DNA of 59,834 nucleotides, from contig VGJJ01000002.1 of the NCBI GenBank assembly GCA_016867455.1, forward strand, positions 1-59,834. Reading direction: 5' to 3'. The stretch comes from Candidatus Iainarchaeum sp. Its GTDB lineage: Archaea > Iainarchaeota > Iainarchaeia > Iainarchaeales > VGJJ01. Position numbers and translations under genes: made by a program. Each line of letters starts with the position of its first letter. Positions within the stretch are counted from its first letter, which is position 1. The notes beneath the pieces were generated by a model. It was not told where the DNA came from and made no database searches. It worked only from the letters and a program-made list of their open reading frames with translations. Shown in pieces: positions 9,197 to 17,230 of the stretch.

Positions 9197-10528
9197 TTAC
9201 CACGTGAAATAGGCTAGTATGGCGAGCAAAATGATTCCTGCGAGGGAGACTAATATTCCGCTCTTGAGTAAGTCTTTCGTGTGAATATACTTTGTTGAGT
9301 AAGCAATGGTGGTGGGTGGCGTTCCCATGGGTAGAATGAAATCCAAACTCACTCCTAGCGCGGTGGCGGTGACGAGGTTCGTCACGTTCACTCCCAAAAC
9401 GGTGGCAAGTGAGGCAATCACGGGGAGGAATACCGCGGATGCCGCGGTGTTGGAGATGAAGCTCGTTAATAGTACGCCCACCAGTCCTATTCCTCCTAGC
9501 ACGACTACGTAGGGTTGGTTTTCCCACACTGTTGAGAGTGTTTGGGCGAGGATAGTGGATAGTCCGCTGGTTTCAATCGCCATTCCTAATGCGATGCCTC
9601 CCCCAATGAGGATGAGGGAGTCCCATCCCATTTCTTTGAAATCATTTCCCTTGATGAGTCCAAGAATAGATAACAATACCACGGGCATGAGTGCGATTAC
9701 GCTGTTGGACACGCCATGAATGCTTTCCGTGATCCATAGTAATACGGTGAGCAAGAATATTCCGGCTACCATCCATTGTTCACGCGTAAAGGGTTGGTCG
9801 TGTTTTTTCATGATTATTTTGAATGGTTCAGGTCGGAAAACAAACAATAAAATCATCCACGTGACCAAAACCATGATCACAGTGAAAGGAAACGCGCGCA
9901 TGCCCCATTCGATAAAACCATACGATATTCCTTCATTCGTCAAGAATTTTTGGGCTAAAACATTGGGGGTGCTTCCGATGAGGGTGCCCATTCCTCCAAT
10001 CGTTGCTCCATAGGCAACGGCAATGACTATGGCTTTAGCAAATGTTGATTCTCCTTGTTTTCGATGATTCATTTTCAAAATGACTAATACGAGTGGCATG
10101 GCCAGTGCGGCCGCGGCCGAGTTGGCAATCCATAGTGAAATAGCCGCGGTCACGCTCAATGCGCCTAATACGAGTATGTTGGGAGAGTGGGCAAATTTTC
10201 CTAATAATTTGTGACTCAAATATTCGTCCAAGCGGTGTTTGTGCATGGCCACCGCGAGGGCAAATCCTCCCAATACGAGTACAACCACCTTGTCAAAGTA
10301 TGCCGGAAACACTTTTTCGGCGGGGTATGGAACCAATAGAATGAGCAGGAATCCTACTAACAATGCAGTAATGTGGAGTGGAATGATTTCACTAATCCAG
10401 AAAACCAGGGCAAAGAATGCAATGCTTAGCACCATTTGGGCGTGCGGGGGAAATGTAGGAGTGAGGGTGTGGAGTACATATGCTCCTCCAATGGCTATGA
10501 GTAAAATGAATAATCGTCGCAAGAGCAT
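9197..10528 (-). CDS. DASS/SLC13-type (ArsB/NhaD superfamily) anion transporter
   Basis: 443-aa polytopic protein with two hairpin-tip-like motifs, WIANSAAAALAMP and FISNTAASAVFLP. Confidence 0.7.
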   Translation of the reverse strand: MLLRRLFILLIAIGGAYVLHTLTPTFPPHAQMVLSIAFFALVFWISEIIPLHITALLVGFLLILLVPYPAEKVFPAYFDKVVVLVLGGFALAVAMHKHRLDEYLSHKLLGKFAHSPNILVLGALSVTAAISLWIANSAAAALAMPLVLVILKMNHRKQGESTFAKAIVIAVAYGATIGGMGTLIGSTPNVLAQKFLTNEGISYGFIEWGMRAFPFTVIMVLVTWMILLFVFRPEPFKIIMKKHDQPFTREQWMVAGIFLLTVLLWITESIHGVSNSVIALMPVVLLSILGLIKGNDFKEMGWDSLILIGGGIALGMAIETSGLSTILAQTLSTVWENQPYVVVLGGIGLVGVLLTSFISNTAASAVFLPVIASLATVLGVNVTNLVTATALGVSLDFILPMGTPPTTIAYSTKYIHTKDLLKSGILVSLAGIILLAILAYFTW

Positions 10529-10594
10529 GGGTTTTTCATGCTCAACATGGATGTGGGGAATAAAAAAGGGATATTGAAACGGGAAAAAAATGGA

Positions 10595-11269
10595 TTATTC
10601 GGTGTTTTCCAACCGGCTTTTCACGCTTATTTCTTTTTCTCCCACTAAGACCAGCCTATCGGCGCTTCCCAGGAATAATCCGGTTTCCAATACTCCGGGG
10701 ATTAATCGTGCTTGCGTGTCAATATCTTCCAAGCTCAAACTGGGATCCATGTCTAATTCGACTAAGTAGTGTCCGCTCTCGGTCTTTTCCGGTTCATTCA
10801 CGTATTTTTGGTAATCCACGCGCCCGACGCGTTCCAATAGTAAAAGCGTACGTTTCCACCCGAATGAGCTTATTTCAACGGGCATTCGTCCGTGGATGTG
10901 TTCAACGAATTCTTTTTGGGATAGTATCGTGATGAGTTCTCCCGCGGATTGGGCAATCATTTTATCTCGTATGAGCGAAGTAGAGAATCGTTTGATGAAG
11001 TTGTAATCGCTGTCCGCTTGGTCAACGAATTCGAATGCAATATCCACTTCTCTCTCGTTGAGCGTGGTGAGGGGGAGGTGAAACGTTTTAGCGGTAGCGA
11101 TTTGTCCCGTGGAGGTGGGAATGATTTCAATATTCCAATGGTTTTGTTCGCACACCAAACCCAGTTTTTTCAAAAAGAGTTCCCCTAATTGGTTGGTTCC
11201 CACGGCCACGACGTGTCCATCTTTCACGTATCGTGTCACGAATGCATCGACTTGTTCTTCGGAGAGCAT
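10595..11269 (-). CDS. ribose-5-phosphate isomerase A-like protein (divergent)
   Basis: The C-terminal IPGVLETGLFLGSADRLVLVG and the VDQADS / IKRFSTSLIRDK segments align by eye with the RpiA motifs DGADE / KGGGAALTREK. The Gly-rich loops are degenerate. Confidence 0.6.
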   Translation of the reverse strand: MLSEEQVDAFVTRYVKDGHVVAVGTNQLGELFLKKLGLVCEQNHWNIEIIPTSTGQIATAKTFHLPLTTLNEREVDIAFEFVDQADSDYNFIKRFSTSLIRDKMIAQSAGELITILSQKEFVEHIHGRMPVEISSFGWKRTLLLLERVGRVDYQKYVNEPEKTESGHYLVELDMDPSLSLEDIDTQARLIPGVLETGLFLGSADRLVLVGEKEISVKSRLENTE

Positions 11270-11353
11270 AATTCACTCATTCTCAACGATTTAGAGCATT
11301 TAAGGGTTTTTGAGTCGAAAGAACATGTTCAATCAAGCAAAAATAGTAAAATT

Positions 11354-11378
11354 CCAGGAACCCGCGTCCGGGTCCTGG
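11354..11378 (-). terminator. GC-rich hairpin followed by T-runs
   Basis: The minus strand reads CCAGGACCCGGACGCGGGTTCCTGG followed by AATTTTACTATTTTTG, downstream of the two small ORFs. Confidence 0.4.
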
Positions 11379-11416
11379 TAAAAATAGTATTGAGAGTCAC
11401 CTTCGCGTTCCCTTCA

Positions 11417-11506
11417 TTATCGGGCGGAGCGGCGGGTGGTGCGGCGTCGGCTGCTGGAGCGTGCACTGGATGAGCGGGCACTCGAGCGGCGTGATGATGC
11501 GGCCAT
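11417..11506 (-). CDS. candidate 29-aa Arg/Ser-rich basic peptide
   Basis: ATG preceded by GGAGG at a 9-nt spacing. Translation is MAASSRRSSARSSSARSSSRRRTTRRSAR. It is below the ORF-track length cutoff and lies in a different frame from the listed 74-aa ORF. Confidence 0.4.
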   Translation of the reverse strand: MAASSRRSSARSSSARSSSRRRTTRRSAR

Positions 11507-11568
11507 TTTGTTTTTCCTCCTTTTTTTGGGTTTTTTTTTCTATTTTTTTTCAAAGCATGCGAACAAAT

Positions 11569-11652
11569 TTAGCGTTTTTTGGTCTTGCGCTTGGTTGTTC
11601 GTTTAGCCGTCTTCTTGTGAGCGGCTTTGTGTGCTTTTTTTCGTGTAGCCAT
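11569..11652 (-). CDS. candidate 27-aa Lys-rich basic peptide
   Basis: ATG preceded by AGGAG at a 9-nt spacing. Translation is MATRKKAHKAAHKKTAKRTTKRKTKKR. Confidence 0.45.
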   Translation of the reverse strand: MATRKKAHKAAHKKTAKRTTKRKTKKR

Positions 11653-11946
11653 TTTTGAAATCTCCTAATAGTGATTTTTTCACGAAGAAAAAATCTGTTA
11701 TGCTTTATGCGTTCTCGTATTTAAGGGTGTGCCTATTTTTGTGTTTTCGTTGAATAAAAAATAATAAAAAAAATAGTTTGAAAATAATTGTTGGTTTGAT
11801 TTTCCACGATGAACGAAGAAAATTAGAAAAAATTGAATTGGTTGAAAAAAATTAGGTAATGATTTGCAGGCTTTTTTAGTAGAAAAAAGTGGTGCCACTT
11901 GTTGGCACCACGAGGACGACCCGCCAGATGTCAATGGCGCGAAGAA

Positions 11947-12019
11947 AGCCCCTGGCGAGAGTTGAACTCGCGACCTCCACATTACCAATGTGGCGCTCTA
12001 ACCACTGAGCTACAAGGGC
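11947..12019 (-). tRNA. tRNA-Thr (anticodon GGU)
   Basis: 73-nt cloverleaf: GCCCTTG/CAGGGGC, D-arm GCTC-AGTGGTTA-GAGC, anticodon stem CCACA/TGTGG with loop TTGGTAA, T-arm GCGAG-TTCAACT-CTCGC. Confidence 0.92.
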
Positions 12020-12079
12020 ATTCGTTGAATGGTAGTGATTTTCGATGGAAAAATGCATTTAAACCAGGCACTAGTCCCC

Positions 12080-13360
12080 TTATTTTTTGGCTAAAATGCC
12101 CTTTATTTCATCCACAATCTTGCTGATGGGGGCAAGGGGAACCATTTTCTCTTCCCCTGTTTTCATGTCGCGTATTTTCACGCTTTTCTTTTGTAATTCG
12201 TCTTCTCCCATGAATAATACAATAGGCACTTTCTTCGTGTCTGCGTATTGCATGTTCTTTCCAATATTGCGTGTCATGAGGTCGACTTCGACTTTTAGTC
12301 CTTGTTCGCGCAGCTCGGAAGCGAGTGCCTGGGCTTGCGTGAGCGTGTTGCCAATGGGAATAATGTAAATCTCCGCGGCAACATCGTCCCATCGCTCGAC
12401 GAGGATGTCCATGAGCCTATCCACTCCGAATGAGATTCCTACCGCGGGCAAGTCCGGTCCCCCTAGGGTTTTGATCAAATTATCATACCTTCCCCCGCCC
12501 CCCACGGCCACGTTGACTCCGGCGAATATTTCCACGACCATTCCTGTGTAATAGTCTAATCCTCGTATGAGTGAGGGGTCGTATTTCACGTATTTCATTT
12601 TTTGTTGCACGGAGAGTTGGGTAAACACTTGTTCTAATGCTAATACTCCTTCCATGTTTCCATTGTTGGATGCTATTTCTTTTTTGATTTGGTCAAAGTC
12701 TTTGTTCAAAAAGCGCATTACTTGAGTGGAGATGTTTTTTTCTTGGAGTTCTTTTTCTACCCCTTCGATGCCAATCTTGTCTAATTTGTCCAGTGTTCGC
12801 ATGGCTTCTTTTGCTTTGTCTTCGGGAACGTTTCCTAGGGCGAGGATGGAATTGATGATTCTCCGGTCATTCACGCGCAAGTAATAGTCGGTGAATCCTA
12901 ATTGTTTCATCACATCCATTGATAGGAGGAGGCACTCCGCGTCCGCTGCGGGTTTGTTGCTTCCAATAATGTCACAATCTCCTTGCGTGAACTCGCGGTA
13001 GCGCATGAATTGGGGATTGTCGTAGCGGTACACCGTTCCCATGTTGAGTGTTTTGATGGGTTTGGGCAAGTCGGGGTTTCCCGCGACCACGCGTGCCAGA
13101 CTGGTGGTAAACTCGAATCGCATTCCTAGTTTTCGTCCGGATTGATCTTCCAGCGTGAACAATTCTTTCTCCGCAGCCTCTCCTCCGCCGCCTTTCACGG
13201 TGAGCACGGCCAAGTTTTCCAACACGGGAACTTGCATGGGGTCGAACCCGTATTTTTGGGCGGTTTGCGTGATAATGAATTCTATCTTTTTTTTCACGCG
13301 GGCTTGCTTTCCTAAAATGTCTCGCATTCCCTTTACTGGTTGCGTGGAGAGGGTGGTCAT
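12080..13360 (-). CDS. hisS: histidyl-tRNA synthetase
   Basis: 426 aa. The N-terminal PVKGMRDILG, the class-II motifs (YRYDNPQ..RYREFTQ) and the C-terminal anticodon-binding domain pattern are all present. Confidence 0.9.
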   Translation of the reverse strand: MTTLSTQPVKGMRDILGKQARVKKKIEFIITQTAQKYGFDPMQVPVLENLAVLTVKGGGGEAAEKELFTLEDQSGRKLGMRFEFTTSLARVVAGNPDLPKPIKTLNMGTVYRYDNPQFMRYREFTQGDCDIIGSNKPAADAECLLLSMDVMKQLGFTDYYLRVNDRRIINSILALGNVPEDKAKEAMRTLDKLDKIGIEGVEKELQEKNISTQVMRFLNKDFDQIKKEIASNNGNMEGVLALEQVFTQLSVQQKMKYVKYDPSLIRGLDYYTGMVVEIFAGVNVAVGGGGRYDNLIKTLGGPDLPAVGISFGVDRLMDILVERWDDVAAEIYIIPIGNTLTQAQALASELREQGLKVEVDLMTRNIGKNMQYADTKKVPIVLFMGEDELQKKSVKIRDMKTGEEKMVPLAPISKIVDEIKGILAKK

Positions 13361-13440
13361 ATACGTTTAACACGAAAAAAGGCCTATAAATCCGTCCCTG
13401 TGAATAATGCGGGTTTTCCCCGGGCTTTCTCAAAAGGCCG

Positions 13441-14229
13441 TTACACCACCGCGCGGTCGTGCCACCATACGCTTTGGATGAATGCTCCCGCACTCAGAAT
13501 GAGTAATAGTCTTCCCGCCCAAGAATAGATGTCTCCGGGCATGGTGGAGAGTAATAGGTTGAGGAATGTTAGGCTAATCATCATGATTCCAATGAGGAAC
13601 CATTGTCCGGAGAATGTTTCTTTTCCCCACTCGGACAAGGCGAATCGGACCGCTCCTAAGGTGAATAGGATGAGGACAATGGTTACGAGTTGCTGCCTCA
13701 AAAGGGAGGGTAATCCGTATCCCGCATACAAGTTGGGGAGGACATTCTGGAGGGCACTTAATCCGGATACAAAGAGGATGAAGAATACTAATGCGAGGAC
13801 TATTTTTTGTTTACCCGAAGTAAGTTTTCGAGTGGATGGGGAGGCTATCCAGAATACGCCTGCGGTTCCTGCTCCAATGAGCAGGAGGAATAATCCCGTG
13901 TTCAATAATTTTCCTTTCACGGGGCCGAATGTTCCTAACAATCCTAATCCCACTAATGCGAGCGTGACGAACAATGCGGTCATGCCTAATCCCATGAGCA
14001 GGTATTGTCGTGAGGCATTTTGCACGCCTTGTTCCAGCCAGTATGCGGCCACGAGGAAGAACAAGAATCCCGCGACGAGGTAAATGAGGCTCGCCACGAT
14101 GGAATTTTCACTCACGTCTAATCCGAATGATAGAATTTGAAGAGAAATGTGCACGACTACCGCGAGTGCAATAAACCACGGCATGAGTCGCTGCGGGTCA
14201 CGAAGAAACGTACTCATGCGTGGGTTCAC
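13441..14229 (-). CDS. polytopic membrane protein, paralog B (unknown function)
   Basis: 262 aa with ~7-8 hydrophobic segments. It shares LPSLLRQQL..LILF.L.A.RFAL and PGDIYSWAGR...SAGAFIQ..WW with the upstream gene. Confidence 0.75.
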   Translation of the reverse strand: MNPRMSTFLRDPQRLMPWFIALAVVVHISLQILSFGLDVSENSIVASLIYLVAGFLFFLVAAYWLEQGVQNASRQYLLMGLGMTALFVTLALVGLGLLGTFGPVKGKLLNTGLFLLLIGAGTAGVFWIASPSTRKLTSGKQKIVLALVFFILFVSGLSALQNVLPNLYAGYGLPSLLRQQLVTIVLILFTLGAVRFALSEWGKETFSGQWFLIGIMMISLTFLNLLLSTMPGDIYSWAGRLLLILSAGAFIQSVWWHDRAVV

Positions 14230-14999
14230 TCACCCTGCTTGTCCCACCACAAGTATTGAATAAACGCCCCTGAGGCCATGACGTGGAAAAATCTCCCCGC
14301 CCATGAGTATGCATCTCCTGGATACGTGGAGAGTAAATAGTTCAGCATCACTAATGCGAGGATGGACATTCCAATCACGTACCATTGCACGCTTTCTTTC
14401 GTATTTTTTCCTCCGCTGTATAATGCGAATCGGAGTGCGGCGAGGAAAAATAGTATCAATACTCCTGTGAGTAATTGTTGGCGCAAGAGGGTGGGAACTC
14501 CTGCCGCGGCATATAATGGGGGGAGGAATTTGTGCAATTGGTATAATCCCACGACTAGAACGAGGAGCAAAAACAATGCTACCACCAGCATGACTGCTCC
14601 CGAGCGCTGCTTGTTGGGAGTGGGGGATGCGGCAAAGAATAATGCGGAGAGTCCGCTTCCGATAATGAGCAAATATATCGCCACATCCACATTTTTGACG
14701 GTAGCAGGGCCGAATAATCCGATGACGCTCCATCCTAACAAGACAAAGGTCATTCCGAGGAGACACAACCCTATTCCCATTCGCATGAATTGTTGTGATT
14801 TTTCTTCAATCGCTTTTTTCAGCACGTGAGCGGCAACCACGATATCGAGTGCGCCTCCCAGCATGTACAATAGGGTTCCTAGCGCGGGAATTTCGCTCGT
14901 GTAAAACTGTGCTGAAATAATCTGTAAGGCAAAGTGGACGATGGCCGTAAGCAGTACCAGTGCGGGCATCGTTGGTTTAGAGGGAATGAGTATGCGCAT
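14226..14999 (-). CDS. polytopic membrane protein, paralog A (unknown function)
   Basis: 257 aa, colinear with paralog B (VPTLLRQQLLTGVLILFFLAALRFAL; PGDAYSWAGRFFHVMASGAFIQYLWW). 4-nt overlap with paralog B. Confidence 0.75.
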   Translation of the reverse strand: MRILIPSKPTMPALVLLTAIVHFALQIISAQFYTSEIPALGTLLYMLGGALDIVVAAHVLKKAIEEKSQQFMRMGIGLCLLGMTFVLLGWSVIGLFGPATVKNVDVAIYLLIIGSGLSALFFAASPTPNKQRSGAVMLVVALFLLLVLVVGLYQLHKFLPPLYAAAGVPTLLRQQLLTGVLILFFLAALRFALYSGGKNTKESVQWYVIGMSILALVMLNYLLSTYPGDAYSWAGRFFHVMASGAFIQYLWWDKQGE

Positions 15000-15099
15000 G
15001 TGTTAGGCATCATTCCTGCGTTTAAAATCACGCGGGTTGTGCGTTCCCGCATAAAGCCCTTTTTAAGCCTTGAGAGGGATTTTCATATAGTAGACGACT

Positions 15100-15171
15100 G
15101 GCCCGCGCAGTGTGGTGGTCGCATACAAGCCTGTGGAGCTTGTGGTACGGGTTCAAATCCCGTCGTGGGCA
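15100..15171 (+). tRNA. tRNA-His (anticodon GUG) with encoded G-1
   Basis: Acceptor GCCCGCG/CGTGGGC, anticodon stem CAAGC/GCTTG with loop CTGTGGA, T-arm ACGGG-TTCAAAT-CCCGT. G at position -1 (15100), and the discriminator is A. Confidence 0.88.
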
Positions 15172-15271
15172 CTAGCTCGCCAGTTTCGGCTGGCGGGTGC
15201 GATGGACTACAATGTGGGTTTTTCAAACCCACGTAGGCCTATCAGTATAGGAATAGGTTTTTGGGTGAAAG

Positions 15272-15300
15272 TTTTTGATCAAACTTTTCTCAAAAGTTTG
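15272..15300 (+). repeat. palindromic intergenic element, copy b
   Basis: TTTTTGATCAAACTTTTCTCAAAAGTTTG ends 1 nt before the tRNA-Arg 5' end. The arms CAAACTTTT/AAAAGTTTG are 9 bp. Confidence 0.85.
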
Positions 15301-15301
15301 T

Positions 15302-15375
15302 GCCTCTGTAGTTTAACCTGGATAGAATGCGAGCTTGCGGAGCTTGTGATCAGGGTTCAAATCCCTGCAGAGGCG
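15302..15375 (+). tRNA. tRNA-Arg (anticodon GCG)
   Basis: 74-nt cloverleaf: GCCTCTG/CAGAGGC, anticodon stem CGAGC/GCTTG with loop TTGCGGA, T-arm CAGGG-TTCAAAT-CCCTG. Confidence 0.9.
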
Positions 15376-15448
15376 CTAGAAAAAAAGAGAGGTATTTGTC
15401 CAACGATACCTCGACTTCGGTGCAGCCGGACGAAAACGGCTGTTCCCG

Positions 15449-15464
15449 AATCCCTGCAGAGGCG
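15449..15464 (+). repeat. exact 16-nt duplicate of the tRNA-Arg 3' end (AATCCCTGCAGAGGCG)
   Basis: Identical to 15360-15375. The flanks show weaker similarity extending into the T-arm (CTGTTCCCG vs CAGGGTTCA). Confidence 0.8.
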
Positions 15465-15500
15465 TACAGGGTTTCGGCCCCCATTTTTTTCTTTTTTATT

Positions 15501-16019
15501 CTATTTTCGCGTGTAAATAAGTTCAGTCATTCCGTTCGAGTATTTTTTTGTTTTTTTAAGATTCAAATTGATTTGTTTATTCACTTTTGAGTAGAGGGAA
15601 ATTCCTTTTCCCAGAATGATGGGGTGGACAAAAAGGTAATACTCATCAATGAGGTCACGGTTCAGCAGTTCGGAAGCAATTTCTCCGCCTCCCACGACCC
15701 AAATGTCTTTTCCTTTTTCTTTTCGAATTTTTTCAACAAACTCGACCGGGTTTTGCGTCGTATATTCGACGTTTGAATAATTTTTCAATTTTTTATTGCG
15801 TGTGAATACAATGCATCGTTTTCCTGCAAATGGTTTTTCTTCTAGTTTTCGGGAAACATCAAATGTGGCGCGACCCATGATTACGGTGTCAATGCGCGCG
15901 AACATTTTTTCGTAACCGTAATCGTTTCCGTCCGGCTAAAAGAGCCAATCAATTTCTCCTTTTTCGCGGGCAATATGTCCATCAATAGATGTAGCAATAT
16001 ACAGGATTATTTTTCGCAC
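15501..16019 (-). pseudogene. dihydrofolate reductase family (RibD C-terminal domain) gene interrupted by an in-frame TAG
   Basis: The upstream in-frame reading (GTG 16019 or ATG 16040) gives ..RKIILYIATSIDGHIAREKGEIDWLF*PDGNDYGYEKMFARIDTVIMGR... The TAG lies at 15936-15938. The downstream 134-aa ORF lacks the family N-terminus. Confidence 0.7.
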
Positions 16020-16062
16020 ACACTCACCTTTGTCACTCATATCAAAAATATATTAAAAAAAA

Positions 16063-17229
16063 TTATTGGTTGGTCGCAGGTGTTGGTTCGGGTTCATCCA
16101 CGTGCGTGTACGTGGGCACCGCGGGTTGCGTGTCGGGTTGACTTGAAATGCTGGCCGCTTCTTCGGGGGGAGCTTCCCATCCGGTGTTGGGTTGAGCGGG
16201 TGTTGTTTCGGGTGTGGCCCATCCCCTGTTCACGGGTTCGGGAAGGGTATATGATTTAGGAGACAAGCGTCCGTCGGGCAATGCGGTATAGATTACGCTT
16301 CCAAACACGGCGGACAAGGGTTGGAGTACAAAGGATGCTACTCCGAAAAAGATGAGTCCTCCAATGACTGCGGAGAGTGCCCAGTAATATTCGCGCAATT
16401 CTGAATAACCCGGCACGCGGTTTTGGATTTGGGAAAGCAATGCTTGCGTGTCCAGTTTTTCTTGCTGTGAATTAACTTGCGCGATTATTTTATCGCGGTA
16501 TTCGCTCGAGTTCACGTTTTGGAGGGTCGCGTCCATGAGTTGTACAAACGATTGGACTTCCGGGTCCGTGTTGTCACGCAGCTGTACGAATGCATCCGCG
16601 TTCACCACTTGTGTTAACGTATTTTTTTGAGTCGTGATCAAAAAGTCCGCGGTTATTTTTTGCACGTCTAATTGTTGCACGACTTTTCCCGCGAATAGGG
16701 ATGATTCAAACGTGTCATACAGCGTGGATGATTGGGGCAATGCCGTCACGGCCAGTGTTACCAGTACTCCTATTCCTATTATTTGGATTCCGCGCTGCGC
16801 TCCAGCGTAACTGGATCGAATGGATGCAAAATTCTTGAGTTCTAATCGTTTCAATCGTGCGGTTTCAATCATCAGGGGGATGCATCCGAAATAGAATAAT
16901 GCGAGGGGATACCATTGCGCGAAGTTGGTGAAAATAATCGCAGAAACGGCACTCGCGAGCAGGGATGGAATGATGCTGGCGAGATACACGCGCGTGCGAT
17001 CGTCTTTGTCCGCGTATGCCGTGATGAGTCCAATGGTGGTGGAAAAAAGGATGGCAAATCCGGCGAATGCGACGGAGAAGAATAATTCAAGTACGCGTAC
17101 GTTCCCAATACTCGTGAGTAAAAAGTCCGGGGTCACTCCCATTTGGTCAAGGAAAAAGGACCATCCTAGTGTGAGGATGAACAAGCTTACTCCCACGAGG
17201 ATGGATTTTTGCTGCGAATCTAACGACAT
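16063..17229 (-). CDS. membrane protein with a large Gln-rich loop and a Pro-rich C-terminal tail (unknown function)
   Basis: 388 aa. N-terminal block of ~5 TM segments, a ~130-aa polar segment, one further TM, and a tail rich in P/T/E (PEPVNRGWATPETTPAQPNTGWEAPPEE). Confidence 0.7.
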   Translation of the reverse strand: MSLDSQQKSILVGVSLFILTLGWSFFLDQMGVTPDFLLTSIGNVRVLELFFSVAFAGFAILFSTTIGLITAYADKDDRTRVYLASIIPSLLASAVSAIIFTNFAQWYPLALFYFGCIPLMIETARLKRLELKNFASIRSSYAGAQRGIQIIGIGVLVTLAVTALPQSSTLYDTFESSLFAGKVVQQLDVQKITADFLITTQKNTLTQVVNADAFVQLRDNTDPEVQSFVQLMDATLQNVNSSEYRDKIIAQVNSQQEKLDTQALLSQIQNRVPGYSELREYYWALSAVIGGLIFFGVASFVLQPLSAVFGSVIYTALPDGRLSPKSYTLPEPVNRGWATPETTPAQPNTGWEAPPEEAASISSQPDTQPAVPTYTHVDEPEPTPATNQ

Positions 17230-17230
17230 G

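Noticed and set aside
11329-11553. 74-aa minus-strand ORF from the track (TTG start).
   Set aside because: It has no SD or TATA context and a non-ATG start inside an A-run. A different frame in the same region has GGAGG-N9-ATG and gives the 29-aa peptide. It is retained only as an alternative hypothesis.
11653-11946. The AT-rich tract as a replication origin.
   Set aside because: I could identify no orc1/cdc6 gene nearby and no ORB-type inverted repeats. It is kept only as a low-interest note.
14230-14766. 178-aa alternative-frame ORF inside membrane paralog A.
   Set aside because: The main frame gives a coherent polytopic protein that is paralogous to its neighbour. The alternative frame is Arg/Pro-rich noise.
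15112-15516. 134-aa plus-strand ORF.
   Set aside because: It reads through tRNA-His, tRNA-Arg and the tRNA 3'-end duplicate.
15936-15938. In-frame TAG as evidence for pyrrolysine or amber reassignment.
   Set aside because: TAG terminates hypF (4515-4517) and the hydrogenase large subunit (8492-8494) at family-typical ends. No pyl genes are visible. A single point disruption is more parsimonious.
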